A stretch of DNA of 37,336 nt from Octopus bimaculoides (Eukaryota). The stretch is from the NCBI RefSeq assembly GCF_001194135.2, contig NC_068994.1:45151911-45189246 (forward strand). The letters run 5' to 3'. Positions 35,851 through 37,336 of the stretch are shown one piece after another (within the stretch, counting starts at the first letter, position 1; every line of letters begins with the position of its first letter). Position numbers and translations under genes: made by a program. The notes below the pieces were generated by a model that saw only the letters and a list, made by a program, of their open reading frames with translations, made no database searches and had not been told where the DNA came from.

Positions 35851-36061
35851 TTTCAAATTTTGGCACAAGGCCTGAAGTTTTTGGGGTGGGGACTAGTCGA
35901 TTACATCAACCCTAGTGCATAACTGGTGCTTATTCCATCGACCCTGAAAGGATGAAAGGCAAAGTTGAGCATGGCGGAATTTGAACTCAGAACATAAAGA
36001 TGGATGAAATGCTGCTAAGCATTTTACCTGGCATGCTAATGATTCTACCAGCTCGCCACCT
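35851..36061 (-). mobile_element. SINE family B, full length, with an (ATT)n/(GTT)n tail
   Basis: Reverse complement of the 17388 copy; a simple-repeat tail lies just before it at about 35819-35850. Confidence 0.87.
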
Positions 36062-37336
36062 GAATGATAATAATAATAGGTACTAGACGAAAATAGGGGC
36101 AACTGAAGTTCAGTATGGGCTTGATTAATTTTAGGTATCTATTCAAGAATGAGGGGTAGGCACTAGTTTCTTCTGAGTGAGTGAAAGGTAAGCAGTCGTG
36201 TCTTCTGAGGATGCTGTGATGGATGAAGGATTAGTATTAGCCCCTCTTATGTCTTGCCAATGATAACCTGTCATTTCATCCAAAATCAATAAGGCATATG
36301 TGGGATGGGAAAGGGGTGGATGGGTTGGAATGGGTATCTTGATCCATTTCTGATACATTTTAATGGATGTATATTCTGGAGCTTAGTCCTTCTTGTCTAA
36401 CAAGTCTGACTGGTCTGAGGACTTTCATATTTTATGTATAAGAAGGAAACAAAGACTGAAACTAATTAATAGACAAACATGTCATAATGTATAGTTTAAT
36501 TGTTATTGTTGAGCGGCCTTCTTCTCGACCAACTCAATTAGCCTCAGAAATCTATGGTGTGGAGTTGGCTGATGGAATAACTTACAAACTGCAAGTCCAG
36601 CACACTCTCTGTAATAATGGAGCAGGTTACAAATATGTGTGCTGTGTTTGTTCAAATTGAATCATTCTGTTGGCTTTTTGGATATGGCTGCTCTTCAGCC
36701 CCATCCCTACATCTTCTTGTTGCTTGGCCTGGGTCAGGTTTGGAGAAGTATGTTGTCTGAAAGCAACTTTTTGTTCCTGAGTTTTTAGTCTGTAGTGCTG
36801 AGCAAGTCAAGCAACCACTTAGAACCTCCTTTAATAAGCTTATTGTAGGTCATCATTACTTTAAAAAGGCTTGGAGTGGTAGGTGAGTAATTTGGTTGTT
36901 ACACTGAGCAGGCAAAAAAAAAAAAACAAGATAGAAAAATCCCTTGCTTATTAATGTGGGCTTCCATTTGAAATACAGCTAAGAATTTTGTGTAAGAGAT
37001 AGGAACAGTGAGGTGGAAAGAGATATGGTGAGAGAGAGAAAGTTTGGTTGTGATACATCTAAATTGAGTTGTTTCATTTTAACATTTACTACTAATTAAT
37101 AATCTATTTTACTAATTATTCTTGTCAATATGCTACATTTTTCACATAATTTTGCTCTAGAATATTAACTTCTCTTTACTCAAGTTAACTTCTCTTACTA
37201 TAATTTCTTAAATTATATACACACATATGTATGTATGTATATATGTGTATAATTTAGCATTCTGCCTTATTCTTCATTTTCCTATTATTTCTCCACGTGT
37301 GGTTAACACAACCCCACTATTTACTGACTTATATAT

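Noticed and set aside
36800-36890. Strong donor TAG|GTGAGT as the end of the next WD40 exon
   Set aside because: Upstream frames do not encode IWD...GHTGSVLCLQYD or any WD40-like sequence.

Overview
AT-rich animal genomic DNA with N gaps, almost certainly a coleoid cephalopod (Octopus-like SINE families, octopus-type protocadherin fragment). The only intact coding sequence is four internal + strand exons of the beta-TrCP/slimb (FBXW1/FBXW11) gene: 12110-12338, 13987-14173, 15293-15386 and 27109-27246. They join in frame through GT-AG introns and encode the D (dimerisation) domain, the F-box and the first WD40 repeat. The start exon and the remaining WD40 exons were not found and probably lie outside the window. 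Everything else is intron, packed with tRNA-derived SINEs, MITEs (hAT, piggyBac-like, Kolobok-like), decayed transposases (two pogo/Tigger, one mariner, one Tc1-like), decayed LINEs and microsatellites. The most unusual observation is a ~160-bp protocadherin fragment inserted inside the N-terminal helix-turn-helix of a decayed Tigger/pogo transposase (minus strand, 33553-33714). Other leads are a SINE-derived decoy splice acceptor, an inverted SINE pair able to form a 51-bp duplex, and several long palindromes. I found no evidence for a complete new multi-gene system. All family assignments come from by-eye translation and motif recall, not database searches. Transposon and SINE boundaries are approximate unless target-site duplications are given.
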